A stretch of DNA of 64,000 nt from an uncultured Gammaproteobacteria bacterium (GCA_947258785.1 CAMYJT010000008.1:140429-204428); one strand, 5' to 3'. Counted from the first letter of the stretch, positions 20,025 to 29,390 are shown. Notes: generated from the letters alone by a model not told the origin. A program made the numbers and translations.

Positions 20025-21032
20025 ATGAAACCGTTCTACGCACTGCTTGACCGCGCGCGCTCCGATCCCCGGCGCATTGTGCTGCCGGAAAGCGGGGATC
20101 CGCGCATTGTCGAAGCCTCCGCGAAGGCCGTTGACGAAGGCGTTGCCGAGGTCGTGCTGATCGGCAACCCAGATTCGGTGACACGTATCGCTCAAGACAA
20201 CGGCGTGCCCGTGGACAAACTCGAGATCCGGGACCCCGCGGCATCCGGACGTCTCTCCGACTACGTCAACACACTGTATTCGCTTCGCGCCAAGAAGGGC
20301 ATGACTTTCGAAGAGGCGTCGGAGCAGGCGCTCGATCCTCTGTGGTACGCCAATCTGATGGTGCACGCCGGCGACGCCGATGGATGCGTTGCGGGCGCAG
20401 AGTACACGACCGCGGATGTCGTGCGCACGGCCTTACAACTGGTGGGGAAGAACGAAAACTATGATTTGGTGTCGAGCTTTTTCATCATGATGCTGTGCCA
20501 GCCTTTTCACTCCCTGAAAGGCGCGCTGATATTCGCGGACTGCGGGCTGAACATCGAACCAGACGCCGAACAACTTGCGCAGATAGCGGTGGCTTCCGCC
20601 GACAGCGCACGGCACCTTCTCAAGGTCGAGCCACATATTGCGATGCTGTCGTTTTCCACCAACCGCAGCGCCGAGCACCCGTTCGTGGACAAAGTGGTCA
20701 CCGCCACCCGTCTAGCCCTCGATGCCCGGCCGGATCTGCATATTGTCGGGGACATCCAGCTGGATGCGGCGATCGTGCCGGAGATTCTCGCCAAGAAGGC
20801 GCCGGACCTGGAATTCGACGAGCGCGCCAACATCCTGATCTTTCCCAATATCGAATCCGGCAACATCGCCTACAAACTGGCAGAGCGCATCGGCCAGGCG
20901 GACGCCATCGGGCCGATCCTTCAGGGCTTGAAACAACCGGTCAACGACCTGTCGCGGGGCTGTTCGGCGGAAGACGTATTCCGTGTCATCGCGGTCACGG
21001 TCGTACAGTCGCAGGCTCACAGCGGTGTATGA
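20025..21032 (+). CDS. pta: phosphate acetyltransferase (PTA_PTB domain only)
   Basis: RIVLPESGDPRIVEA, SFFIM, ANILIFPNIESGNIAYK motifs. 335 aa. Confidence 0.9.
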   Translation: MKPFYALLDRARSDPRRIVLPESGDPRIVEASAKAVDEGVAEVVLIGNPDSVTRIAQDNGVPVDKLEIRDPAASGRLSDYVNTLYSLRAKKGMTFEEASEQALDPLWYANLMVHAGDADGCVAGAEYTTADVVRTALQLVGKNENYDLVSSFFIMMLCQPFHSLKGALIFADCGLNIEPDAEQLAQIAVASADSARHLLKVEPHIAMLSFSTNRSAEHPFVDKVVTATRLALDARPDLHIVGDIQLDAAIVPEILAKKAPDLEFDERANILIFPNIESGNIAYKLAERIGQADAIGPILQGLKQPVNDLSRGCSAEDVFRVIAVTVVQSQAHSGV

Positions 21033-21033
21033 C

Positions 21034-21279
21034 GATGTCGGTTCAAACCTGGAGAATCCGAGCTTTGCGGGGATTGCCCGGGAGATGAGGGCCGAAGGCG
21101 TTACCGTCGATCAGCTCGGCGACGTGGGCCACGCCCTCAAACAGGACTGCGAAGTGCAGAAACGAGGCAAGACAACCATGACCGAGGTATCGGTCGCCCG
21201 GGAGCCGGGCGATCCGTTCCGCCGCGACGCGCTGTCGACGCCCGTGCGCCATCTCGACAAGTACAAAGATTATGTCTGA
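21034..21279 (+). pseudogene. orphan 3' fragment of a second, diverged xsc copy
   Basis: The translation VGSNLENPSFAGIAREMRAEGVTVDQLGDVGHALK...EPGDPFRRDALSTPVRHLDKYKDYV parallels the last ~80 aa of Xsc (19684-19925), at about 80% nt identity by eye. Homology begins 2 nt after the pta stop. Confidence 0.8.
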
Positions 21280-21385
21280 GCGCCAAGGCCGGATGCGCAA
21301 CTCCGGCTCCGCCGTTCAGCAACGGGAAATGCAACCGGGTGGCAGACCACGCAGCGGGTTAATGAACGCGGAAAACGGGCCACAG

Positions 21386-21399
21386 TTGATTTTAATCAC
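21386..21399. promoter_or_regulatory. Crp/Fnr-type palindrome TTGAT-TTTA-ATCAC
   Basis: 9/10 match to TTGAT-N4-ATCAA, about 140 bp upstream of the dctP start. Confidence 0.25.
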
Positions 21400-21537
21400 A
21401 AAGTGGGGGATTGTGTTCCACCAGGGAGATCAATAAGTATACTGCAGACGTCAATTCCCATGGTCTTTACAGGGAAAGTCGAGTCACTCACTATGGAGAT
21501 GATGGGATGCGGCAGAGACTCATCAGAGGAGATAGGT

Positions 21538-22542
21538 ATGCAACTGCAACAGAAGATTCTAAGACTGCTGGTCATCGCGGGCGCGGCAATGTTGTTCTCG
21601 AGCCCCGCCGCCTACGCCAAGAATTTCAAAATGGCGCTGGGTGACGCCCAAGGCGGCACCCAGTGGGAGCTGGGAACAAAGTTCGTGGAGTTGTTCAAGG
21701 CGAAGACTGGCGGTAAGCACGACATCAAGATGTTTCCCAACGGTCAACTCGGCAGCGAGCAGGACACTGTTAACGACGCTTCGATCGGGACGCTGGATTT
21801 TTCCGTACTGGCCATCAATAACATCACCCCGTTTTCACCCACGGTGGGTACTTTTACCCTTCCGTATGTGATTCAAAGTCTGGATGAAGCCGTCATGTTG
21901 ACCCAGGGCGATGTGGGCAAGGAACTTACTGACAATACGCTGCGCGACGCGGGTGTACGTATAATCGGCTGGGCCTACTCCGGTTTCCGGGTGCTGACGA
22001 ATTCGAAGAAGCCGATCAAGACCCCCGAAGATCTCAAGGGGGTGATCGTCCGGGTGCCCAAGAATGAAATCATGATCGCGACCTATCAGTCCTGGGGCAT
22101 CAACCCAACGCCCATGGCGTGGTCCGAAACCTTCACCGCTTTACAACAAAAGGTTGTTGACGGGCAGGACAACCCCTACATCACTGTCCACGCGATGAAG
22201 TTCTATGAGGTGCAGAAATACATCACCAACATCCGTTATATCTTTTCCCTGGAACCCCTCATAATCAGTGAATCGGTGTTTCAGAGTCAGTCCGATGACG
22301 TGAAGCAGGCCATACTTGACGCCGGCCTCGAGGCCACGAAGCACAGCGCCAAGTATCTGGCCGAGACCGAGGACTCCATCCGCAAGGAATTGTCAGAGAA
22401 AGGCATGGAGATCAGCGATCCCGCCGACAAGGAAAAAGCGTGGATCGAGAAGGCGACCAAAGAGGTGTGGCCGAAGTACTACGACAGCATCGGGGGAAAG
22501 GACAAGCTCGACCGGGTCCTAAAACTCCTTGGTCGAGGTTGA
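21538..22542 (+). CDS. dctP: TRAP transporter substrate-binding protein (DctP family)
   Basis: Signal peptide MQLQQKILRLLVIAGAAMLFSSPAAYA, then a DctP-type fold (FPNGQLGSEQD, RVPKNE). GAGGAG precedes the ATG at 21538. Confidence 0.9.
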   Translation: MQLQQKILRLLVIAGAAMLFSSPAAYAKNFKMALGDAQGGTQWELGTKFVELFKAKTGGKHDIKMFPNGQLGSEQDTVNDASIGTLDFSVLAINNITPFSPTVGTFTLPYVIQSLDEAVMLTQGDVGKELTDNTLRDAGVRIIGWAYSGFRVLTNSKKPIKTPEDLKGVIVRVPKNEIMIATYQSWGINPTPMAWSETFTALQQKVVDGQDNPYITVHAMKFYEVQKYITNIRYIFSLEPLIISESVFQSQSDDVKQAILDAGLEATKHSAKYLAETEDSIRKELSEKGMEISDPADKEKAWIEKATKEVWPKYYDSIGGKDKLDRVLKLLGRG

Positions 22543-22584
22543 TTACAGGACTGCCGGATAGTTCAATCAGCCGGTTGTGAGCGG

Positions 22585-22619
22585 GCGCACCCTGCCCGAA
22601 AGACTCGGGCAGGGTGCGC
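22585..22619 (+). other. perfect 15-bp stem / 5-nt loop hairpin between dctP and dctQ
   Basis: GCGCACCCTGCCCGA-AAGAC-TCGGGCAGGGTGCGC. An intercistronic hairpin after a binding-protein gene is a common way to set differential mRNA stability. Confidence 0.6.
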
Positions 22620-22641
22620 AACGCGACCGCAGGAGGTCGTC

Positions 22642-23226
22642 ATGACTGCATCTCGGATACTGGCGAATATCTTCAACAATATCGAAGGCTATATTTGTCG
22701 CGCCCTGCTGGCGTTCTTCGTGACGCTGCTGTTCGTTCAAATCCTCTCCCGGGAGTTCTTCAAGTACTCAATTCCCTGGGGTGAAGAACTGGCCACCTAC
22801 CTGTTTGTCTGGTTCGCTTTCTTCGGCGCCAGCCACGCTGCGAAAATGGCCGCCCACAACCGAGTGACCTTTCAGTTCAAGCCGTTCCCGAAGTCCGTCG
22901 CCACCGTAAGTGAAGCGTTTGCCGACCTGATATGGCTCGGCTTCAATCTGTATTTCGTATATCTCAGCTACGACTTTGTTTTCAACAAGATGAATCTGTT
23001 CTGGAAGTCGCAGACCCTGGGAGTGCCCATGAAATACGTGTACATGATTCTGCCCCTTGCCTTCGCAATCATGTCCATCCGGATCGTACAGGTGAACTAC
23101 TACAAACTGGTCAAAGGCATCGATATTCGCGATCCGGATTCGGCAGAGATGGAACACATGGCGGATCATCTCCTGGATGGTGAGCACCCGGGAGGTCCTA
23201 CCGCAACAGACAAAGATCAGCGGTAG
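22642..23226 (+). CDS. dctQ: TRAP transporter small permease (DctQ family)
   Basis: 194 aa, 4 helices. WGEELATYLFVWFAFFGAS is typical of DctQ. Confidence 0.85.
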   Translation: MTASRILANIFNNIEGYICRALLAFFVTLLFVQILSREFFKYSIPWGEELATYLFVWFAFFGASHAAKMAAHNRVTFQFKPFPKSVATVSEAFADLIWLGFNLYFVYLSYDFVFNKMNLFWKSQTLGVPMKYVYMILPLAFAIMSIRIVQVNYYKLVKGIDIRDPDSAEMEHMADHLLDGEHPGGPTATDKDQR

Positions 23227-23238
23227 TCCGGGGGCACC

Positions 23239-24579
23239 ATGGAAACAACTGTAGTCTGGTTACTTTTTGGCGCATTTTTGTTCCTGCTGCTGATCGGCGC
23301 ACCGATAACGGTCTCCCTCGGGGTGTCCGCCCTGGCGGCCTTTCTCTATCTGGACGAAAACCCGATCAAGTTCGTCCAGATTGCGTTTACCTCTGTCGGC
23401 TCGTTCCCATTGATGGCATTGCCGGCCTTCATCCTGGCCGGCGCGCTGATGGAAGCCGCCGGCGTCTCCAAACGGCTGGTCAACATTGCAGAGACCTTCG
23501 CCGGTCCGGTCACCGGCGGGCTCGGGGCTGCAACGGTTTTCGCGTGCATCTTCTTCGGGGCCATTTCGGGTTCGGGGCCGGCCACCACCGCCGCGGTAGG
23601 CATGCTCATGATCCCGGCCATGGTCAACCGCGGGTACGACCGTGGTTACGCCTCCGCAATCACCGCCTCGTCGGGTGGCCTGGGAGTGGTGATCCCACCT
23701 TCGATCCCGATGGTCATCTTCGGCATATCGGGACTGGGACTGCAACCGCCCCCCGAGGCGGTCGCCAAGTTCGGCGAATTTCAAACCTTGTCCATCCCCA
23801 AGCTGTTCATCGCGGGGTTTTTGCCGGCATTCCTGATTGCCACCAGCGTGCTCATCATGAATTACTTGCGGTGCAAAAAACGCGGATATCGGGGCATCAC
23901 CGAGAGCTGGTCTTTCGCGGACATGAAAAAGAGCCTCAAAGAGGGATTCTGGTCCATTCTGGCGCCGCTGATCATCCTGGGCGGTATCTACAGCGGATTC
24001 TTTACCCCCACCGAGTCGGCCATAGTCGCGATTTTTTACACTCTGTTCGTCGGTGTGTTCGTGCACCGGGAACTCAAGCTGAAGGACGCCTTCCATACGC
24101 TGGAGACCACGACCTGGATCTCCGGACGCGTCCTACTGATCCTGTTTACGGCGACGGTGTTCGGCCGGCTGCTGGTGGAAAATCAGATTCCCGCCATCGT
24201 TGCAGCCGGCCTGCTGAATCTCACCGAGAACATGTACGTCATCTGGGCCTTGATCATCGCCTTCCTGCTCTTTGTCGGCATGTTCATGGAGACGTTGGCG
24301 ACGATCATGATCTTGACGCCGGTATTGCTGCCGATCATGTACAGCCTGGGCGTGGATCCGGTGCATTTCGGCGTCGTCATGGTGGCCACACTGGCCGTTG
24401 GTTTTCAGACGCCGCCTCTGGGAGAGAATCTCTTCGTGGCTTCCGGAATCGGCGGCGCGACAATCGAGGACATCTCCGTCAAAGCAATACCTTTTGCAAT
24501 CACTTCGGTCATTGCGATCTTCATCATTGCCTATTTCCCACAAATATCGCTGTGGTTGCCCAGCATGATCGGATATTAG
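23239..24579 (+). CDS. dctM: TRAP transporter large permease (DctM family)
   Basis: 446-aa polytopic protein. FAGPVTGGLGAATVFACIFFGAISGSGPATTAAVG is a DctM signature. Confidence 0.9.
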   Translation: METTVVWLLFGAFLFLLLIGAPITVSLGVSALAAFLYLDENPIKFVQIAFTSVGSFPLMALPAFILAGALMEAAGVSKRLVNIAETFAGPVTGGLGAATVFACIFFGAISGSGPATTAAVGMLMIPAMVNRGYDRGYASAITASSGGLGVVIPPSIPMVIFGISGLGLQPPPEAVAKFGEFQTLSIPKLFIAGFLPAFLIATSVLIMNYLRCKKRGYRGITESWSFADMKKSLKEGFWSILAPLIILGGIYSGFFTPTESAIVAIFYTLFVGVFVHRELKLKDAFHTLETTTWISGRVLLILFTATVFGRLLVENQIPAIVAAGLLNLTENMYVIWALIIAFLLFVGMFMETLATIMILTPVLLPIMYSLGVDPVHFGVVMVATLAVGFQTPPLGENLFVASGIGGATIEDISVKAIPFAITSVIAIFIIAYFPQISLWLPSMIGY

Positions 24580-24622
24580 CTGCGCGCGGCAGTTGACCAA
24601 CATTAACGGGAGTGGTCTCGAT

Positions 24623-25114
24623 ATGTTACCTGACATTCGAAGTATTCTCTATGCCACCGATCTGTCGGATAACGCGGTGCACGCATTCCGCTATGCAGTT
24701 TTACTGGCAAAAAAAACCGGCGCCCGTATCCACATCCTCCACGTTGTGGAGAAGCTGTCCAATGACGCCAAGATCACCCTGCAGTCCTACGTGCTCGAGG
24801 AACGTGAGCGCGAGCGGATCTTGTACGAACGGGTGGACAAAGCGCGAGAAATCCTGACGCGGCGGCTGCGGGAATTCTGGGAACAAGTCGAACCGGAGAA
24901 CCTGATGGTGAAAGATCAGATTGCCTCCGTAGACGTGTGCGAATCTTTCCCCGTGGAAGAGATTTTGAGAAAAGCCGGAGAGCTCGAATGCGACATGATT
25001 GTCATGGGCACCCACGAAAAGGGATTGATGCGCACGTTTCTCGGTAGTGTTGCAAAAAGCGTTTTGAATAGCTCACGCATCCCCACGTTCATCGTACCAC
25101 TGCCGGCGGAATAG
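24623..25114 (+). CDS. universal stress protein (UspA family)
   Basis: ILYATDLSDNA...IHILHV...DMIVMGTHEKGLMRTFLGSVAKSV. The start is taken at the Met after GGGAG. Confidence 0.85.
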   Translation: MLPDIRSILYATDLSDNAVHAFRYAVLLAKKTGARIHILHVVEKLSNDAKITLQSYVLEERERERILYERVDKAREILTRRLREFWEQVEPENLMVKDQIASVDVCESFPVEEILRKAGELECDMIVMGTHEKGLMRTFLGSVAKSVLNSSRIPTFIVPLPAE

Positions 25115-25132
25115 ATATTCGGCTGGCCGCCC

Positions 25133-25214
25133 TCGCTATGGTTTTTGTTCCGGCGCTGCTCTCAATCGTCCGATCTTTTCGCCATCATCCGAGACCCTTG
25201 GTGCAATATCCGGG
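25133..25214. repeat. right-end MITE fragment (82 bp) followed by CTAG
   Basis: CTCGCTATGG...CGATCTTTTCGCCATCATCCGAGACCCTTGGTGCAATATCCGGG aligns with the right half of the long element. The breakpoint lies in the loop of the element's conserved internal hairpin. Confidence 0.7.
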
Positions 25215-25820
25215 CTAGGTCGGGCCAGCGTGCGCACGCCCGGCTCGATGCGGTCTGTCGGTATCGAGGAGAAACCCAGCCGGATGTAGTTTCGCGGCGC
25301 GGTTCGCCCGACAAAAAATACGTCGCTCGGTTCGAACAAGATGCCCTGCGACGCGGCTTGCCGGTACAGTTCCTGGGTGTCGAGACTTTCCGGACTCTTT
25401 ACCCAGTAGGACGTCCCGCCGAAGCTCGGCACATGCAACGAATCCGGCAAATACTCGGCAAGCGACTCGCCCATCAGCCGCCACCGCGCCCGGTAAGTCC
25501 GGCTCAATCGATGGTTCAGGGAGTCGTAGTGTCCGAGAGACAGAAACAGAGCGATGATGCGCTGATTATTTGCCGGTGACTGCCACACCATGAGCCGCCG
25601 CAACGCCCGTACCTCGCGGATGAATACCGATCCGCTCCCTGGCCAGCGGGAACCCCTCGTCTACATGCGACTGATAAGCAAGTACGATGGTATTGCGGGC
25701 GATAACAAGCTGCCGTGCCAGCTCGCGGCTCGAGGGCAACGGCCGGCTTTCCCAGCCCCAGGTTGGGTCCGTGTCGCTTCCAGACCACGGCAAGCGGATT
25801 TGACAGATCGGCGAGTACAT
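25136..25820 (-). pseudogene. internally deleted, frameshifted MocR/PdxR-type (GntR-HTH + aminotransferase-fold) regulator
   Basis: ORF 25566-25820 carries the HTH (LPSSRELARQLVIARNTIVLAYQ). ORF 25136-25603, in another frame, carries only the last ~130 aa of the aminotransferase fold (GHYDSLNHRLSRTYRARW...IRLGFSS). About 250 aa in between are absent, and the 3' end runs into the MITE fragment. Confidence 0.7.
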
Positions 25821-25866
25821 GTTTCAGTAAGTGACCCAATCCAAGAACATTACACGAGGTGAGGAC

Positions 25867-26298
25867 ATGGGTATATTGAGTGGTTTGTTCGGCGGCAGTG
25901 AAAGCCACACGCCGCTCCCTTCAGACAGTTACGCAAGTGCCCGTTTGCAGGAAGTGACAGACCAACTTGAGGCGCTTATGGCGGAGACCCCGGAGCGGTT
26001 AGAGGTCGTGCCCTCGGAACACGCCGCGTACGTATTCATCGGCAAACCACCGAAGAAGTTCGGACTCGCCTGGATACACGACGGCCGTACCAGCAATTTC
26101 AAGACATTGGTCGAAGATCACGGGGTAAATCCGATTCGTTTGGAACGCATCACCGGACATCTGCGCGAGGCGTATCAGCGCAGTGCATCGGTCGAGCGCT
26201 TCGCGGTCAACATTGCAGACCGGGAGATCATCGTGACGCCCTCCGAAATGCTTGAAAAAGAGGTCCACGACATCATCGACGAAGTGATAAAAAAATAA
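25867..26298 (+). CDS. hypothetical protein (143 aa)
   Basis: GAGGTGAGG precedes the ATG at 25867. No nameable domain. Confidence 0.5.
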   Translation: MGILSGLFGGSESHTPLPSDSYASARLQEVTDQLEALMAETPERLEVVPSEHAAYVFIGKPPKKFGLAWIHDGRTSNFKTLVEDHGVNPIRLERITGHLREAYQRSASVERFAVNIADREIIVTPSEMLEKEVHDIIDEVIKK

Positions 26299-26367
26299 AC
26301 ATCGACAGCGGTTGTCATCGGCTGACCGCCGCCTATCGGCCCGTCGCATTTTCCATGACTGACGGAT

Positions 26368-27948
26368 TTAGAATTCGTACGTCAGCTGAACAAATACACT
26401 GTTCGATCTTTCGTCCGCAGCCGTACCGAACGCGTCTCCTGATTTGAAGGTCGCGGCGGCGACATCGATTTCCAGGTTTTCCCATTCACGAAGCTCGATC
26501 ACGAGGCTTATCTCGCGTCCAATGTCTCGGCTTGCTCCGGCTGGTTCTGCGTCCAGGCGCGTCTCGCGTAAAAATGGCGCCGCATCCACCTGACGAAAGC
26601 GATGGTAACCGAGCGCCAGGCGGCTCTCCCCGTGGATTGGAAGCCCCAATGTCAGCGTTGCCACGCGGAGGTTTGACAACTCGGGCCGGAGGAGCTCTCC
26701 GTAAAAACGGAATTCCTCATCCGGGTCCTGAAGGCCGGTTTGGCGAAAGCTGCGGTCGGTGTCGTCGTCGAGATTATCGTCGCCGGACCCTACCGCGTAG
26801 TTCAGCCTCAATGTCGGCTCTCCGGGTAATGCGAGCGCCCAGCTTGCACCCAGATCAAAGCCCCAACCTTCTACCTTCCTCGTCTCTTCAGAGGCGATAA
26901 GACTCAGGTGCGGGGCATCTTCTTCGAAATCGATCAGTAGCTCGTCACCGTCTACGAACGCCAAATCCAACCAATAGTTCAGCGTATGATCTCCCGGCAA
27001 ACTCAACTCGCCCGTTGCACGCACTCCAAGCCAGTCCAGATCGGCATCGCTTTTATCCTCACGCTCCGTCTCGATAACACTCTCCACAGGCGGATGTCCG
27101 GAATTGTCCCGTTGGCGCAAATAGAAGGCGGTGAGATTTAAACTCTCTGATATTTCCCAGTTTCCCTGCGCAATAAGGCGTAGCACGTCGTCTTGATCGG
27201 GATCTACGAAATCATCGCGAGACGATGTGCGTGCGAGTTCTTCGGCGATGCCGGCGTAGAGGCGCCACGCTTCACGTGCATAATAGACGCGCACGGCGTC
27301 GAGATCATCGTCCCACCACCAGCGCCTCGGTTCGACGAAGTTCTGGCGTCCAATCTTTACCGAGTAGGGGCTGTCGAAAACACGTTTCAGATACACCCAA
27401 GTCTCACCCCGCTCCAACTCTCCCTGAGAGGTTCGCGGCGTTTCATCGGCGGGAGCTTCGTCCTCGCCAATGAGCTTGATCTCAGCAAACACAGATAAAC
27501 GTTCGCTGGGTCGGTATGAAAACGCCGCTTGAATTTCCAGCTCGGTGACCTGCTCGTCGTCCCGCGCGCGTTCGCCGAGGCTGAGGTTTTCAATTTCGTT
27601 ACGAGAAGCTTCAAATTCTCCGTTGAACCTGAAACGCCCTTCAAACGGTTCTACGTCCTCCTCATCGAAGCCACCAATTGGCTCTCCTTCATCGCGTATA
27701 TTGTGTTGACCGCGATCATTGCTCGCGGCCTCGTCTTCTGCGGCTCTGGTCACAACCAGTGGATCCGGCCCAGACGCGGGTGTACGGCTGGTCGTCTCAC
27801 CGGCGAAGGTCCCGGCAGCGTAACTGGACAGCATTAGGTACAGGCTGCCGAACGCGCCGAGATACGCGCGCCGCGTGAGACCGCGTGTGCGCCAGTGGCG
27901 CCTGACGTCATTGCCGCAGCTCCGCTCAGGCAGCGATGTTCGGATCAA
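26368..27948 (-). CDS. outer-membrane beta-barrel protein (alginate-export/porin-like)
   Basis: N-terminal signal-like segment, an acidic linker, alternating amphipathic strands, and a C-terminal ...VFVQLTYEF aromatic terminus typical of OMPs. It is last in the operon after the RR and HK. Confidence 0.6.
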   Translation of the reverse strand: MIRTSLPERSCGNDVRRHWRTRGLTRRAYLGAFGSLYLMLSSYAAGTFAGETTSRTPASGPDPLVVTRAAEDEAASNDRGQHNIRDEGEPIGGFDEEDVEPFEGRFRFNGEFEASRNEIENLSLGERARDDEQVTELEIQAAFSYRPSERLSVFAEIKLIGEDEAPADETPRTSQGELERGETWVYLKRVFDSPYSVKIGRQNFVEPRRWWWDDDLDAVRVYYAREAWRLYAGIAEELARTSSRDDFVDPDQDDVLRLIAQGNWEISESLNLTAFYLRQRDNSGHPPVESVIETEREDKSDADLDWLGVRATGELSLPGDHTLNYWLDLAFVDGDELLIDFEEDAPHLSLIASEETRKVEGWGFDLGASWALALPGEPTLRLNYAVGSGDDNLDDDTDRSFRQTGLQDPDEEFRFYGELLRPELSNLRVATLTLGLPIHGESRLALGYHRFRQVDAAPFLRETRLDAEPAGASRDIGREISLVIELREWENLEIDVAAATFKSGDAFGTAADERSNSVFVQLTYEF

Positions 27949-27977
27949 TCGAGTCCACCCGTTTGCTATTGAAATTT

Positions 27978-29390
27978 TCAGGCGTGTTGTGGTCGGGGCA
28001 ACACAGCGGTAAACGTGCTGCCCTGCCCCGGGTTGCTCTTTACCGCGATGTCGCCACCGTGGGCCCGGACAAACGCCAGCGCCAAGCTCAAACCCAAGCC
28101 GTTTCCCTGTTCAGAGCGGCTGCGATCGCAACGGTAGAAACGTTCGAAGATGCGGGCACACTCCTCGGCCGATATGCCGATACCCGTATCCATGATCGAT
28201 AGCTTGACCTCCATACCCTCATCGGCAAGCTTAGTCGTCACACGCCCGCCGGTTGGCACGTACTTCAACGCGTTATCCAGAAGATTAGCAACCACCCGTT
28301 GAATCCGTTGCCGGTCGCCGTGAATGTGACAGTGCTCAGGCAAATCAGTGTTTATTGCAACCTGTTTGTCGTCGGCGATGGGCTGAAATAGATCCACCGC
28401 GTCGCTGATGAGGTCGGTCAGATCAATATCAACTCGCTTGAGTTTAGCCGCACCAGATTCCGCCTCGGCTATATCCAGCGTGGTATTGATCATCTCCAGG
28501 AGCCGGTCGCATTCCTCGGTTGTTGTAGCTGCCATGGCCTCCGATTCCGTCTTGGATCCACCACTGGTCAACGTCACTTCGGCGGACGCACGAATGCGCC
28601 CGAGTGGGCTTCTGAGGTCGTGCGCCAAATTGTCAGTCATCTCACGCATGCCGATGATTAGCGCTTGAATGCGGTCAAGCATTGTATTGAACGTTTGCGC
28701 CAAAGTATCGAGTTCGTCGCTCTGGGATCGAACTGCCACACGCCGGTCCAGTGCACCGTCGGCAATCTCTGTGGCCGCGTGTGTGATCTCCTGCACACCG
28801 CGCAGAGCGCGTCTGGCCATGAACCATCCAATTGGACCGCCGAGTAGGATGACGGCCGTGAGTGCAACGACAAACCCTTTGAGCAGGTCCTCGATGAATT
28901 CCTCATCGTCTTCTAGTGACTCGCCAATCTGCAGCACAACACCAGGCGCGATCGCGCCATAGACTGACCGTACACTGTGTTCTTGCTGTGGCAGCGTCTG
29001 GGTCTGCAATACCGGTTCATCAGCGTCGTCGACTTTAGCCAGGATGTCGCGCGGCTCGGCCAGGCCCGACCACGACGAGAGGTCTGATCTCATGAGTTCG
29101 CGGCCTTCGGTCGACCAGAGGCGGAAGAATACCTGACTTGCCTCTTCGCCCTGGGTCTCGACTGCGATCTCCGTCTTGACGCGGTCGAGCCCCCCTGACT
29201 GCATAAAAGAGGTAAACTCTTCGATGTCCTCCTCCAAATCTTCATCGGTTCGCCCTTGTACCACCGAAACTATTAATGCGTAGACCAGCGTAAAAGCGAG
29301 GATAGACGAGACAGCGAAGATACCGGCGTACCAGATCGTGAGACGCAGTGCGAGCGTATGTCGCAGATTACTGAGTTTCTTTAAGAACAT
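27978..29390 (-). CDS. sensor histidine kinase (CusS/CopS-like: 2 TM, HAMP, HisKA, HATPase)
   Basis: LRLTIWYAGIFAV N-terminus, H-box NLAHDLRSPLGRI, N/G boxes (DNALKY, DTGIGI, GNGLGLSL). Confidence 0.9.
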   Translation of the reverse strand: MFLKKLSNLRHTLALRLTIWYAGIFAVSSILAFTLVYALIVSVVQGRTDEDLEEDIEEFTSFMQSGGLDRVKTEIAVETQGEEASQVFFRLWSTEGRELMRSDLSSWSGLAEPRDILAKVDDADEPVLQTQTLPQQEHSVRSVYGAIAPGVVLQIGESLEDDEEFIEDLLKGFVVALTAVILLGGPIGWFMARRALRGVQEITHAATEIADGALDRRVAVRSQSDELDTLAQTFNTMLDRIQALIIGMREMTDNLAHDLRSPLGRIRASAEVTLTSGGSKTESEAMAATTTEECDRLLEMINTTLDIAEAESGAAKLKRVDIDLTDLISDAVDLFQPIADDKQVAINTDLPEHCHIHGDRQRIQRVVANLLDNALKYVPTGGRVTTKLADEGMEVKLSIMDTGIGISAEECARIFERFYRCDRSRSEQGNGLGLSLALAFVRAHGGDIAVKSNPGQGSTFTAVLPRPQHA

